Source: Chiloscyllium plagiosum
Taxonomy: Eukaryota
Direction: 5' to 3'
NCBI RefSeq assembly: GCF_004010195.1
Contig: NC_057713.1
Coordinates: 43,734,349 to 43,798,348 of the forward strand
DNA: 64,000 bases
Below are positions 12,840 through 25,080 of this stretch, piece after piece; position 1 is the first letter of the stretch; each line of letters begins with the position of its first letter. The translations under genes were made by a program, and so were the position numbers. Below the pieces are notes generated by a model. The model searched no databases. It saw only the letters and a list, made by a program, of their open reading frames with translations, and was not told where the DNA came from.

Positions 12840-13830
12840 CTTAGTAGCCTCATTATTTCCTCCTCACAACTTGCTTTCATAGCTATCTTTGTGTTATCGA
12901 CAAATTTAGCTACCACTCATCTAAGTTATTTACATAATGTGTAAAACATTGGAGCCCCAGCAGTGACTGCTGCAGCATATTATTTTTTGCATCCTGCCAG
13001 AAAATAATATATTTATGCCAGTTCTCTGTTTCCCGTTAATTAGACAATCTCTATCCATGCAATTGTGTCACCTCCTTAACTATGATCATTTACTTGCCAC
13101 AATAAAATTTGATGTGGCACCTTATCCAATTATTTCTGAAAGTCTAGGTACAATATCCCCTGCTTTCCTGTTTAAAGCATGCTACTTCCTCAAAGAACTC
13201 AAACAGATTATTGAAACATGATTTCCCTTTTACAAAGTCACATTGACTCTGCCTGATTACTTAGAAGTTTTGAATTTTCCCGATGACAATTTAAATAATA
13301 GTATCTGGTATCTCTCTTTTGATAGACATTAAGCAGATTGGCCTGTGCCTATCTCCCCTTTTGAATAAAGGAGTTATATCCACCATCTACCAATCTGCTG
13401 AAACTTCCCCAAAACTAGGGAATTTTGGAAAACTAAAACATTGATTATTTCCCTAGCCACCTCTTGTAAGACTCCAGGTGAGTTCTATCAGGGCTTGAGG
13501 ACTTGTCAGTCTGCAGTTCCAACAATTTACGCAGTATCACCTGCCTGTTGGTTGTACTTATCTTGAGTTCTTCCCTCCCATCCATTTCCTGAGTTATAGT
13601 TATTTCTGTAATGTTGCTAATACACCCTATAGAGAAAACCATTGCAAAATAGTATTCAATTCATCTACTATATCTCCTTACCTTCCATTATCAGTTCCCC
13701 ACACTCACTTTCTGTAGAATCAATGCTCACTTTGTTAACACTGTTTTTTAAAAATATTTATGGAAACTTATTATTTGTTATTATATTTCCTGCTGGCTTT
13801 CTCTCATAATCAATGTTTTGCTTACATTTT
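12840..13830 (-). mobile_element. Degraded CR1-clade LINE (RT region)
   Basis: ORF 13445-13642 (...LRKLLELQTDKSSSPD..H...) resembles CR1 ORF2. Confidence 0.65.
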
Positions 13831-14064
13831 AATCTTTTAGTTTTTTAATATATTTTATCCATAATACATTGTGATCATATTCTTTACTGTAATAACACAA
13901 AATGGTTGTGACTTTATAAAACCTTTTGATTATGTTCCTACACTGATCTTTATTGTGCTGATAAACTGATCCACTGTTATAAATGAATTTCTCCTATTAG
14001 GTACAAACTCTTGCTATACATAACAATTCCAATATAATTATACCAGACTTTAGTACTTCAACAG

Positions 14065-14296
14065 TAGTCATGATTTGGAGATGCCAGTGTTGGACTGGGG
14101 TGTACAAAGTTAAAAATCACACAACACCAGTTTATAGTCCAACAGGTTTAACAGGAAGCACCAGCTTTCGAAGTGCTGCTCCTTCATCCACCTGATGAAT
14201 CACTATCACCTGATGAAGGAGCGTCGCTCCGAAAGCTAGTGCTTCCAATTAAACCTGTTGGACTATAACCTGGTGTTGTGTGATTTTTAACTTTGA
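14065..14296. mobile_element. Inverted PLE pLTR pair (family B), 10-bp TSD
   Basis: Minus arm with tail, plus arm without tail; TSD acttcaacag at 14055-14064 and 14297-14306. Confidence 0.85.
14207..14241 (+). ncRNA. Minimal type I hammerhead ribozyme motif (PLE-associated)
   Basis: cac-CTGATGA-a-GGAGC gtc GCTCC-GAAAG CTA^gtg: complete core, 5-bp stem II, palindromic AGCT stem III, cac/gtg stem I. Confidence 0.7.
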
Positions 14297-16319
14297 ACTT
14301 CAACAGAGCATTAAATTTCGATGGTGCATTTTGAAACCACAACCTTTTAATATCTGGAATGGCAAGAATCTGAGATACTTTCCTACAGTATTTAAGCAAT
14401 AATGTTCTCTCTGATAGCTCCTGTGTTCATAAATTAAACAAGTTTGGGAAATCTAAACCTCGTTTCAATTGGATGTAAGCTTGCAGCACAAAATGCAATG
14501 TAACCTATCTCTGTCATTTGTTAGGCTCTCGTTTAGGACAGCAGACATGAATGGCAGTTGGGAAATAATAAGGCAATCTGGTTGTGGAATCATAAACCTA
14601 GTGCATTATACTTGCATGTTGTGGATCTGAATTAGATTGTTCAATTATCATTGCAATAGCCCCATTATTGAAGCAACACTAAACTTTGCTAGATTGAGAT
14701 ACAGATATTACGTTATGTGGCTATAAAAGTGGCAGCTTTTTGAGATAAGAATTAGACTGAGAAATCTTGATTAAAACGTGGTAGTTGGATGCAGTCCAAT
14801 TTAACAGAAATTTCCAAAAATTGATAATCCCATATCAAAATATGTAGTATGGACATAAATGGAGTAAGAGAACTTTCCTGATGCACAAATATGATGCACT
14901 GTTGAGATAAAGTAGAGGCAATGTTTTTGCACTTCCGGCTTACATTGTGTTCCTAAACTCAGACTACCTCTCCCACTAATATTGTACCTTCCAAATTTCC
15001 TGGCCCACCACATCTCATTTATAGTGACTCACAACATAACACAAAACCTTCTGAATGTTCAAACAGAATATCAGAACAGTGCAGCTCAGAGATGAGTCTA
15101 GTCATCATAGATCCTCCCCAGTATTACAATTATATTATATAGAACACAAAAATGAACACAGAAAAAGCTGGAGAAACATAGCAGGTCTAGAAGTATCTAC
15201 AAAGAGAGAGAAACAGAATAAACATTTCAAATCTCCAGAACTTTTTTTTTAAGTAATACTGCACAATTTATGACACAGATATGCCTGTTTAAGGTGTATT
15301 CTCATATCATATTTTGTTTCAGCTCAGTTTGTAAATTAGGGAAATTCCCTGAATAACACATTTTTTTTCTTTTAGTGTGTAACTGAACATGCCCATTCCT
15401 TTTTAAAACAAATCATCACTGTGTTCACCATCGCTCCCAATCTGCTTGCTCTATCACGTTCACTAGTTTCCTCTCAAAAACCTTCACTGCTTCCAGTTCA
15501 TTGCTTTTGTCTGCTGAGCCCTTACTACTCATGAGTGCTGGGTAGTGGGTTGGAGAAATTGGTTTGGTTAGAAGAAGGTAGCAGGAAGCTGGATGGTCAG
15601 GCCATGGAAGCAATAAGTGAGAGGATTAAGAAAGGAAAGTGATGTGTTCGGAGAGGGAGGCAGTGAGGAGAAGGGATGGGCAAGATGGTGAGTTCAGTGA
15701 GAAGGTCAATGAGCGGGAGGGAAGAAACAGCAAGCAGGAGGTAAGTTATTAAGAATTAATGAGAAGACTTTTGAGCCTGTTAAGTTCCAGGCAACTAATA
15801 TTATTTTAATGTAAAAGTTGAAGTCTGGAACATAACCCATCTTTATTACATGTTTTATCATGGGAAAATGATTTTTATTTTAGCAAGATATTATTTAGCG
15901 CATTTTTTTTAACGAACACATTGGGAATGTTTAACAAAGGATATCTGTAATTCAAGGATATTTATACTGTTTAGACTCTGTTAGTTCATGAATAATGAGG
16001 TGTTCCACTGACCCATTTAAATGAACAATTAACAGTTCAGCAGCATCTGCAAAGGTAACAATTACAGCTATTAATCTCTATCTGAAATCAAAATAAACAC
16101 TCTCTGGCAAAGAAAATCTTCACCTGTACATGTGTGAATTGATTTGAATGGACACTTACAGGGCCTGGGAGCTAAAGCAGAAGCTATTTTCAAGGCCTTT
16201 TACAAATGCATATCACTGACCAGAAACACTTACAGTATGATAACTGACTAACTACTGGTACTTCCGTGAAGTTGCTTACATTAAGTGAGATGAGTTGTTG
16301 TGTTGGGCACCTAAAAAGT

Positions 16320-17150
16320 AAGAACATAATTAGACCATTTGGCCTTTCGATCATGCTTTGTCATTGAATATGACCTTGGCTCATCCTCTCAGTTCACAAT
16401 TCCACCTGCCTCCAATAACCTTTGATTCTCTTCCCAACAAGAACTTATTTGCCTTCAACATATTTAATGACCCCTCCTTCCACTGCCTTCTGAAGCAGAC
16501 AGTTGCAAAGTCGCACAATGCTATGAGAGAAAAACACTATCTTCATCTCTGGCCTTAAAGAATGAGCTCTAATTTTAAAAACTTGCCTCCTAGCTCTGAC
16601 TTCACTCACAAGAAGAAATATTCACCTTGTTGAGAGCGTTCAAGATCTTACACACGTCAGTCAGGTCACTAGTGTTCCCTGTAATATTTTTTCCACTGAG
16701 GTCCATGCACAGGAAAGGTTTCTACAAATGGAAGCTAATTGTTCAGCACATGAACGAGCATGTGCAGAACCTCTCAGCAGCTGAGCAGCCTTAACGGGTA
16801 CATTTCCCCTCACTCTTAGAAACAGCTGGGAAAACAAACCCAGTCTGTCTAACCTATCCCCAAAAGACAACCCTTTCATTCCAGATATCAATTTATTAAA
16901 CCTTCCCTAAATCACCTATAATGTATTTGGATTATTCCATAAATACTGCACACCGTGTTTGAGATGTACTCTCACCAATATCCTATATAACTGAAGCAAT
17001 ACATCTTTACTTTTATGTTCAACTCATCTTGTAATACATTGCAACACCACACTAGCCTTCTTGATTAAGTACTGGACCTACATACTAACATATTGTGACT
17101 CATGCACTAAAACACCTCAGTCCCTCTGCAGCCTGGAAGTCCACAGTCAT
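16320..17150 (-). mobile_element. CR1-clade LINE 3' fragment
   Basis: ORF 16661-16891 begins MISGMKGLSFGDRLDRLGLF; typical 3' UTR near 16320. Confidence 0.75.
16670..16805. mobile_element. Possible hAT-type MITE nested in CR1
   Basis: Interrupts the CR1 sequence; imperfect inverted ends tagtgttccctgtaa / ttaacgggtacatt; no clear TSD. Confidence 0.4.
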
Positions 17151-18065
17151 TTTGTAAAGTCAGCAGCATGTTTAAAGATCAAAAAACTCATTTTGTATTT
17201 TTTCACTAAGAAAAAATGTCATCAAATTTTATTTTGAAGTTCCAGTAGAAATCTCTGAATCCCAGGCAAAGGATAGAAATTTACCTTACTCAGTTCAAAA
17301 GTCCCAAAATCCTTGGAACAGTAAACTCTTTGCGTATCATATGTAAGGCTATCAGTTTTCCATATTCACAGAAAAAGAGATTAAATGCTGACATATGATT
17401 CCCAAACACCAGTGATGTTTTTAAAAATCCCTGCAGCACAACAGAAAGCTGATTATTCAGTCAAAATGGAACAATATGGAAAATGTGAGGTTTTTCACTT
17501 TGGTTGGAAAAATATTTGTGTAGGGTACTTCTTAACTAGGAAGAGGTTGTAAAGTATACACAAAGAGGGATACCAGGAGTCTTTGTCAATAAATAACCAA
17601 AAACTAACATTCAAGTGTAGCAAGGTATTAGGAAGTTGAAAGAAATGTTGATTTTGGTCATAAGAGATTTGAGTACAGGAGCAGTGAAGACCTGCTTCAA
17701 TTGTATGAACCATGCTGGAATACTCTAAAAGTTTTGGTTCCTTATCTTAGAAGGATGTTATTCCCACTGAGGGAGTGTAACAAAGGTTCAGCAAAATTGG
17801 CCCCGGAATAGTGGGACTTTCTATGAAGAGAGATTGTGCAAACTGGATATGTGTTCTCTAAAGTTTAATTTCATTGAAACCAACAAAATACTTTAATGGA
17901 GAGAGTAAATGCAGTTAAGATAAGTCCCATTGGTCAGGGAGTATAGAACCAGGATGCATAATTCAATAATGAGGGGATGCCATTCCAGTCCAAAATAAGT
18001 AGGGAGTTTTTCACTCAGAGCGCTGTGAACCTTTTGGAATTCTCTATTACAGAGAATAGCGGGAG

Positions 18066-18301
18066 GATGCTGTTTTATTTTACATGCATGCACACCTTCA
18101 CCAGGTCAGTGTGGGAGTGGGAGGATGGGGGTTGTGCAAGAATGGGGTGGCAGGGTCAGGGTGGGCTGGACGGGGAGAAAGTGATGGGTGGGGGTAATGT
18201 GGAGGAATGCATAAAATTCTCCTCACAATCACAAAAGTTCAGCAATTCCAATTTGCTTTGTATTGAGGCATGTTTCAGCAATTCTCTGTTGGGTCACTAG
18301 A
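18066..18301 (+). repeat. 236-bp direct duplicate of 19373-19608
   Basis: About 6 substitutions and no indels by manual comparison. Confidence 0.92.
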
Positions 18302-18337
18302 GAGCAGTGGAGACTCAATCCTGAGTATGTTTAATGT

Positions 18338-18417
18338 CTTTTGCCCGAAACGTCGATTTTGCCTGTCCTCGGATGCTGCCTGAATTGCTGTGCTCTTCCA
18401 GCACCACTAATCCAGAA
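18338..18417 (+). mobile_element. 80-bp PLE pLTR fragment, 12-bp TSD
   Basis: Starts inside hammerhead stem II (cttttgcccgaaacgtc) and has no tail; TSD tatgtttaatgt at 18326-18337 and 18418-18429. Confidence 0.85.
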
Positions 18418-19372
18418 TATGTTTAATGTGGAGATTGAGTGTTTTCTGATTATCAGTGATGTGTCGGGTTATGGGAGGCTGGATGGGTAAAAGGCATAGA
18501 AGTGTTTGATCAGCCATGTTAATACTGAATGAGCGGGCAGCAGGCTCGATGGGCTGAATGTCCTAATCCTGTTCCCGTGTTCCAGTCACTGCAAACATGG
18601 AGCTGACTTTTAGAAGAGGCAAGGGTGGATGCAGTGTTTACCCTCCCCTTTGCCATTCAAGAAGTCAGCCAACAGCTCACTGGCTTTAGAAAGGGCAGCC
18701 CTGTGCTGATGGATCACAGCCATTACAGGGTGACAGTGGGACTTCTGTCTGCGCCACAGGCACAGGAAATCTGACCCTCGAAAATCAATCTGGTTGGCTG
18801 ACAGCTGAAGGAAGGTTACATCTGAAACATTGTCTTCTCCACCTCTTGATGCTACCAGGCTTGCTGGATTCCAGCATCTGCAGTATTTTTTGTCTCCAGC
18901 TGCATAATCCTAACAGCTCCACAATTGGGTGATGATCACTGCTGGGATTGCAAAAAAGTCCCAAGAAGATGATTGTGGACACTGAACCGAGGCAAGCTTG
19001 GGGGTTTTGGTTGGTGCTGAGAGAGGGGGTGGAGGATGGGGGAGTGGAGAAGGGTTGGGATTAGGAGAAACAAACACAGTTACAGTCTCAGAGGGTGTAC
19101 CCAAATGAATGCAAGGAGTTTATCCAAAGGAGGGAGCCCTCATCCTTCCTACCTTTCGTATCAAGTTGGGAAAATTAGTAGGCTGGCCACTTTCTTTCAG
19201 CCTTCTTCAATCTGTCCCCCCCACACCACCTAATGTTACAGCAGAAATAAGTTTTTAAAACAGAGCTTAATTGGCAGCCTAAGGCTGTCAACAGGTCAAA
19301 GAGCAGACAGCCAGCTGACACCTTATCCACCCACCATCAAATCGTGGACACTTCATGGTTGAGCAGCAGGAT

Positions 19373-19608
19373 GATGCTGTTTTATTTTACATGCATGCAC
19401 ACCTTCACCAGGTCAGTGTGGGAGTGGGAGGATGAGGGTTGTGCAAGGATAGGGTGACAGGGTCAGGGTGGGCTGGACGGGGAGAAAGTGATGGGTGGGG
19501 GTAATGTGGAGGAATGCATAAAATGCTCCTCACAATCACAAAAGTTCAGCAATTCCAACTTGCTTTGTATTGAGGCATGTTTCAGCAATTCTCTGTTGGG
19601 TCACTAGA
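19373..19608 (+). repeat. Probable source copy of the 236-bp duplication
   Basis: Continuous with non-CR1 flanks, whereas the other copy interrupts a CR1. Confidence 0.88.
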
Positions 19609-19617
19609 TGGCGCAGT
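19599..19617 (+). promoter_or_regulatory. Candidate CTCF binding motif
   Basis: ggtcactagatggcgcagt closely matches the CCAS(C/T)AG(A/G)(G/T)GGC(A/G)S consensus and retains its CpG. Confidence 0.45.
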
Positions 19618-20034
19618 ACACTGTGACTAATGTTACCTCTAAATGTTACTTCCTTACTCTGTTTGAAGATTGTTTCTGTTTCTTTTGGGATACAGGTGAG
19701 CAGAAAATAAATTAAATAGATCCTTGAATGACAGGATCTAACAAGTAGTGTCCCATAAGGCATCTTGAATCAGTGACCTGACTGGGATTGGGGATGAGTG
19801 GGTTGGTTTGCTCAATGTGGCTGAATAATAGCCATAATAGCACAGGTTCAATTCCTGCACCAACTGAGGCTACTGTGAAAGTCCTGGCTTCTCAACCTCA
19901 GTCTATGCCCAAGGCTTAATGAGCCCCAGATTAGGCTCGTTACTCACTCAACCCAGTTGTCTCTCTCTGTCAAATTAGAGAGTGGTTTTCTGGATAAGGG
20001 GAGTAAAGGCATTAAATCTCTCTAGGAGACAAAG

Positions 20035-20750
20035 AACATGGAAAATATGTTGTGAAAAAGGCACAAGAAGTTTGTGGATGAATACAGCTATGTTGAGTGG
20101 GCAAAAATTGAGCAGACATTTTGGCAAGAGAAACAAAAAAGCAGAGTATTATTTAACAGAGAACAACTGAGGAATTCCAAGTTGCGGAGAGATCATGATT
20201 TTCTCACAAATGAGTCCTAAAAGGCTAGCTTGCAGGAGCAGTACATAACCAAGATTAATGGGATGCTAACCTTTATTATGAGAGGAATTGAACACCAAGG
20301 TGAAAATGTTATGCTTCAGTTTGCAGGGTGTTGATGAGATCACATCTCATGTACTATGTGCAGTGTTTCTGCCTCCCTATTTAAGGAAGGATGCAGCTAC
20401 ACTGGAGGTGCTTCAGAGGATGTTCACCAGATTGATGCCTGGAATGAATGGGTTGTCTTATGGGAAAAGGTTGGACAAACTGGGGTTGTTTCCAGTGGAG
20501 TTTAGAAGAGTCATGGATGACTTAATTGAAGTGTATAAGATCCTGAATGGTTTTGACAAGGTGGAGCATGGGAAGAATGTTTCCTCTTGACTCCACAACC
20601 ATGGGGTACTGTTTTGAAATTAGGGATGACCCTTTAAGGATGGAGACAAGAGAATTTTTTTGCACTTAGTGAGTTATGTGGCTTTAGAACTGCCTGCCAG
20701 GTAGAGGTAGATGAATTCTTGTTGGGCAGGGGAATCAATAGTTACGTTGT
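20035..20750 (+). mobile_element. CR1-clade LINE 3' fragment
   Basis: ORF 20288-20590 contains PYLRKD...LE.LQRMFTRLMPGMNGLSY..RL.KLGLF...DLIEVYKILNG. Confidence 0.85.
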
Positions 20751-20949
20751 GTTCCAAACTAAAAGTTTCCAGATTTCTCTAATCTACCTCCAGAGGTTTG
20801 AGTACCAGTACTAGAGAAGATAGCAGCTCTCAAGGGAGTCCATTGTCCATGTGCGTGCAATATTTAAGGTGACTTGTGGCTCATGGAATTGTGTTAATAT
20901 CCAATGACATTGGCACTGATCACTATAGTATTGGCTTTCTATATATCCA

Positions 20950-21069
20950 GGGCGAAAGTGAGTACTGTAGATGTTGAAGATCAGAGTCAAGATTAGAATG
21001 GTGCTGGAAAAGCACAGCAGGTCAGGCAGCATCCGAGGAGCAGGAAAAATGACGTTTCGGGCAAAAGCC
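20950..21069 (-). mobile_element. PLE pLTR fragment with tail, 15-bp TSD
   Basis: TSD ctttctatatatcca at 20935-20949 and 21070-21084. Confidence 0.85.
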
Positions 21070-21494
21070 CTTTCTATATATCCAATTCTTTTCAGGAATC
21101 CAGTTGAGACATCTATAGGATATTTCAGGCAGTTGGTCACTGCTACCTTCAGGACGTTACCAAGGCCTAGTTCAAAGGGCTAGAAATTTCTTGTAGCTGA
21201 TAGCTCGGCAGAGAGGCCTGTTAGCCTCAGGGCTATTGCCAACTTCCAACAGGAGTAATCATTTATGCTCATGTACTCAAAGCTCTCTTGGAGCAGCCTG
21301 TAGCCTTTGTAACCAGTAAAGGTACTACTCAACCATTGTCCACGTGGTCATCAAATCTCCACACAGTCATCCTAGAGATTTGGGAGGAAAAGACTTCCCC
21401 ACTCCCCTGACAAGAGGAATGCTATCATCTTCAAGAATGGAGAAAAATCATGTTGTGGGTGAATATAAACTTTGCCATTTCTGACAGAAAAAAA

Positions 21495-22197
21495 AGCTGC
21501 ATTTTATTTAAATAGAGAGTGTTGGTATACCTTGAGGGATCTGGGTGTCCTTGTACATGAATAACAAGACTTTAGAGTGCAGGCACAACCAGTGATTATG
21601 ACAGCAAATGCAATTTTATTGTTTATTGCAAGGGGATTGAAAATATAGGAGTGGGGAAGCTTTACAGCAGATGTACAGGGTGTTGTTGATAACACATATG
21701 GAGTACTATGTATCATTTTTGTCTCCTTATTTGAATAATGCTTTCGAAGCAGTTTGGGAAAGTTCATTTTAGGAATTCTTGGAATGAAAGACTTATATTC
21801 TGAAGAAAGGTTGATTGGGGTAGGGGTATCCATTGGAGTTGAGAAAAATGAGAGATGATTTAACTGAAACATACAATAACTTAAGGGGGCTGATGGATAC
21901 CCAGAGGATTTTTCCTCATGTGAGGGTACTTGAAATTAGAGCACATAGTGTAAGAGGAAGGGAGTTCCCTTTAAGGTATAGATTAGGAGAGTTTTGGTTT
22001 CTCTGAGAAGATAGGTAGAATGTGAAATTATCTTCCCAGAAGATAGGGAGACAGAAACTTTAGATTATTGATAAGACAATGGGGTCAAGGTTTATGAAAC
22101 TGAGAGCACCAGCCAGATCAGCCATGGTTTTCTTGAATGGTGGAGCAAGCTGAAGGTGCTAAATGGTCTACTTCTGCTCCAACGTACTTTGTTCTAA
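21495..22197 (+). mobile_element. Degraded CR1-clade LINE 3' fragment
   Basis: agggatctgggtgtccttgtaca ... agatcagccatg ... 3' UTR. Confidence 0.7.
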
Positions 22198-22199
22198 TG

Positions 22200-22505
22200 G
22201 AAACTATTGAGGTTTTTCCCTCATGTCCATAGTAGGGAAAATCCTGACATACATTTGCTTGATCAGCCTACTTCCTCTGTCTGAGGAAATCCTCCTAGAG
22301 AGACAATGTGGTTTTTGACCTTCCAGAGGTTTTGTGGATTGTGCTGTAACAATATGGATGTCCAAGAACTTCATCCTGCGAATGCTTCATGATGGTATAC
22401 CTGCAAATGTTTCGAGTAAGAGATCTGAAAAAGATGCCTTCTAATTCAGGCTCAGGGTCAAGCAGAGCTGCATGAAAGCTCCCACACTACTTACAATCTA
22501 CATGA
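22200..22505 (+). mobile_element. RTE-clade LINE RT remnant (probably continuing 21340-21490)
   Basis: ILRMLHDG.PANV...GVKQSC..APTLL.IY, a degenerate GVKQGCVLAPTLF-type motif. Confidence 0.5.
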
Positions 22506-22559
22506 CAAAGGCTATTCGCCCAATCAAAGATTGTTCTCAAAACTGTTCTCTGGAGTGAG

Positions 22560-23000
22560 AACTTTTGATTAGCTGAAAATAATACTCATGGAAGAAACAG
22601 TGCTTGTCACTCCTGACTTCACTAAATCTTTCAAAATGACGATTGATGCTCGTTCTTGGGTTTGGATACAGTCTTACTACAGAATGAATTGCGAAGCAAG
22701 AAACCAGTATGGGATCTTCCTAAGAAATTAAACTCGTATTAGAAAGTGTAAACTACTGTGGAAAAGGAGAAATTATGAGTATTATTGGCTCTTCAACATT
22801 TTAAAATCTATGTTTGTCCGTTGCCAAGAACCACCAATTGACACTGACTATAACCCATTAGATTTGTTAAAAAATGTGAAACTTGCATACATGATTGGTT
22901 TGATGGAGCTTATTAATGAATGGATTTCATATAAAAACAATTCACATTGTGGGAAAAGATAATATGTAATTATCAAGATTGTAGTTGTGCTGGGATATCT
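22560..23000 (+). mobile_element. Gypsy RNase H remnant
   Basis: VLVTPDFTKSFKMTIDA, TTVEKE, ALQHFKIYV and TDYNPL, similar to the RNase H at 56850-57200. Confidence 0.65.
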
Positions 23001-24240
23001 TAAGAATTTGAAAGGAAAGCTCAGAGGTAATTGTATAAATCCTGCATAAGGAATGACTGAGGATGACAATAAATGCAATTGTCTTGTGTCTTTTTGTCTT
23101 TATTCACTCATGGGATATGGGTGTCACAGGCTGGGCCAGCATTTATTATCTATCTCTAGTTGCTCCTCGTGGTGAGCAGCCTTCTTGAACTTTTGCAATC
23201 TATTTGAATTAAGTACCCCCACACTGCAGTTAGTAATGGTATTTCAAGATTTGATCCACTGACACTGAAGGAGCGGTGATAAATTTATAAGTCAAGATGG
23301 TGAGTAGCTTGGGGTGGAAGTTTGTAGATGATTGTATTCCCATATGTCTGCTGCCATCATGTCCTGCTCATCTGACAAATGTCACTGGACTTTACCTCAA
23401 GTTTCCCTTTGGGTCCCTCTCTTGGACCAGTCCCTTTTTTTTTTGTAAAAGACCAGACAGCGCCTCCTGCAAGGGTTAAGAACTTGGCTTTACTGCATTC
23501 AGGTAAAGCTGCAAGATTCTGCTATTCCATCTGTGCGCTGCTAAAACTCATGTATTTATACTCGTTGAAATTCCAATCTTCTGAGTAAGCTACTGCTGGC
23601 TGAGGAACCAATTTTAACTGTCACTACCTATCAGCGGGTAGGTTGTATCACTGACTAAAAGTGAAATGAACTACAATTTAATGTTTCAGTTAAATGTTAA
23701 ATGCAAATGTGTCTAAATTCTGGAAAAACCAAACCCGACAATTTCCTCACTTACCAAAGTTGCAGAGTTAACAACTCTGCCTCATTGCACTCAAAGTTGA
23801 CGAATGCTCATTGGCAAGGTCTACACACTTGACATGGCTGCTGATGCCAGTGAGGAACTCTCACCCTGCAGCTGAAGAAAACTGCAATGTCTGCCACACA
23901 TCAATCTGAGTCACAATAGAACAGACAACCAGCCTTCTAAAAACTAAATTCTATAGTCCAGACCACACTGCCAGAGCTTGATAATAAGGACAGGATGCCC
24001 CAATAAGGGCTTCCAAGTCATTCATTGTTTTCTGCCCAAGCTAACACAGTAAAGATGGGAGGTCTTGCAGCCTTGCATGTCAGGGAGGAACATCACTTCT
24101 CATCCGACAAGTTGTTATATGTGCAATCACATTTAGATTTTATTGCCTAATCTGCAGAGGAACCATAAGATACAGGAGCAGAATTAGGCCATTTAGCCCA
24201 ACAAGTCTGCGGAACCAACAACTGCCCAACAACTGCCCAA

Positions 24241-24561
24241 GTGGGCAGCACGGTGGCACAGTGGTTAGCACTGCTGCCTCACAGCGCCTGAGACCCGGGT
24301 TCAATTCCCGCCTCAGGCGACTGACTGTGTGGAGTTTGCACGTTCTCCCCGTGTCTGCGTGGGTTTCCTCCGGGTGCTCCGGTTTCCTCCCACAGTCCAA
24401 AAGATGTGCAGGGTCAGGTGAATTGGCCATGCTAAATTGCCCGTAGTGTTAGGTAAGGGGTAAATGTAGGGGTATGGGTGGGTTTCGCTTCGGCGGGTCG
24501 GTGTGGACTTGTTGGGCCGAAGGGCCTGTTTCCACACTGTAATGTAATCTAATCTAATCTA
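24241..24561 (+). mobile_element. Young full-length HE1-type tRNA-derived SINE
   Basis: A box (tggcacagtgg), B box (ggttcaattcc), V-SINE-type core, CR1-like 3' part and (aatct)n tail; CpGs retained; inserted into a minus-strand CR1 end. Confidence 0.9.
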
Positions 24562-24754
24562 AACTCGTGGCTGATATGTTTTTCAACCCCATTCTCCTCT
24601 GTTCTGCTCATAACCCTTGATTCCCTTAGTCCACGCCTCTATTCTTCCTACTAAAATGCATATGCTCACACTTGCTTACATATATTCCATACCACTTCTT
24701 TGCCCACTGTCATAGGCCTGGCCCAGATACCTACATGGAGTCAAGACTTAAGAG

Positions 24755-25080
24755 TCAATCATAGAATCCCTACAGTGTGGAAGCAGGCCATTTAGTCCAT
24801 CGAGTCTACACTGACCCTCTGAAAAGCGTCCCTCTCTGGCCCACCCTATCCCTGTAACCCTGCATTTTCCATGGCTAACTCAATTAATCCACACATCCCT
24901 GGTCACTATGGGCAATTTGGCATGGTCTGCACATTTTTGGACTCTATGAGGAAACTGGAGTGCCTGGAGGAAACTCATGCAGACAATATGCAAACACCAC
25001 ACAGACAGAAGTTGGAATCAAACGCGGGTTCCTACCGTTGTGAGGCAGCAGTACTAACCACTGAGCCACCGTGTCATCCC
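24755..25080 (-). mobile_element. Older HE1-like SINE
   Basis: Reverse complement of the HE1 head (cacggtggctcagtggttagtactgctgcctcac) and core. Confidence 0.8.

Larger units (their letters stand above)
17465..18583 (+). mobile_element. CR1-clade LINE 3' fragment carrying two insertions
   Basis: KCEVFHFG and FFTQSAVNL motifs plus 3' UTR; interrupted at ~18056-18301 and 18338-18417. Confidence 0.75.

Noticed and set aside
24140-24537. ORFs of the 'DCGRKPEHPEETHADTGRTCKLHT' type (also 55222-55545) and tRNA-like A/B boxes
   Set aside because: Translation artefacts of the HE1 SINE; the tRNA-like head is SINE-derived, not a tRNA gene.
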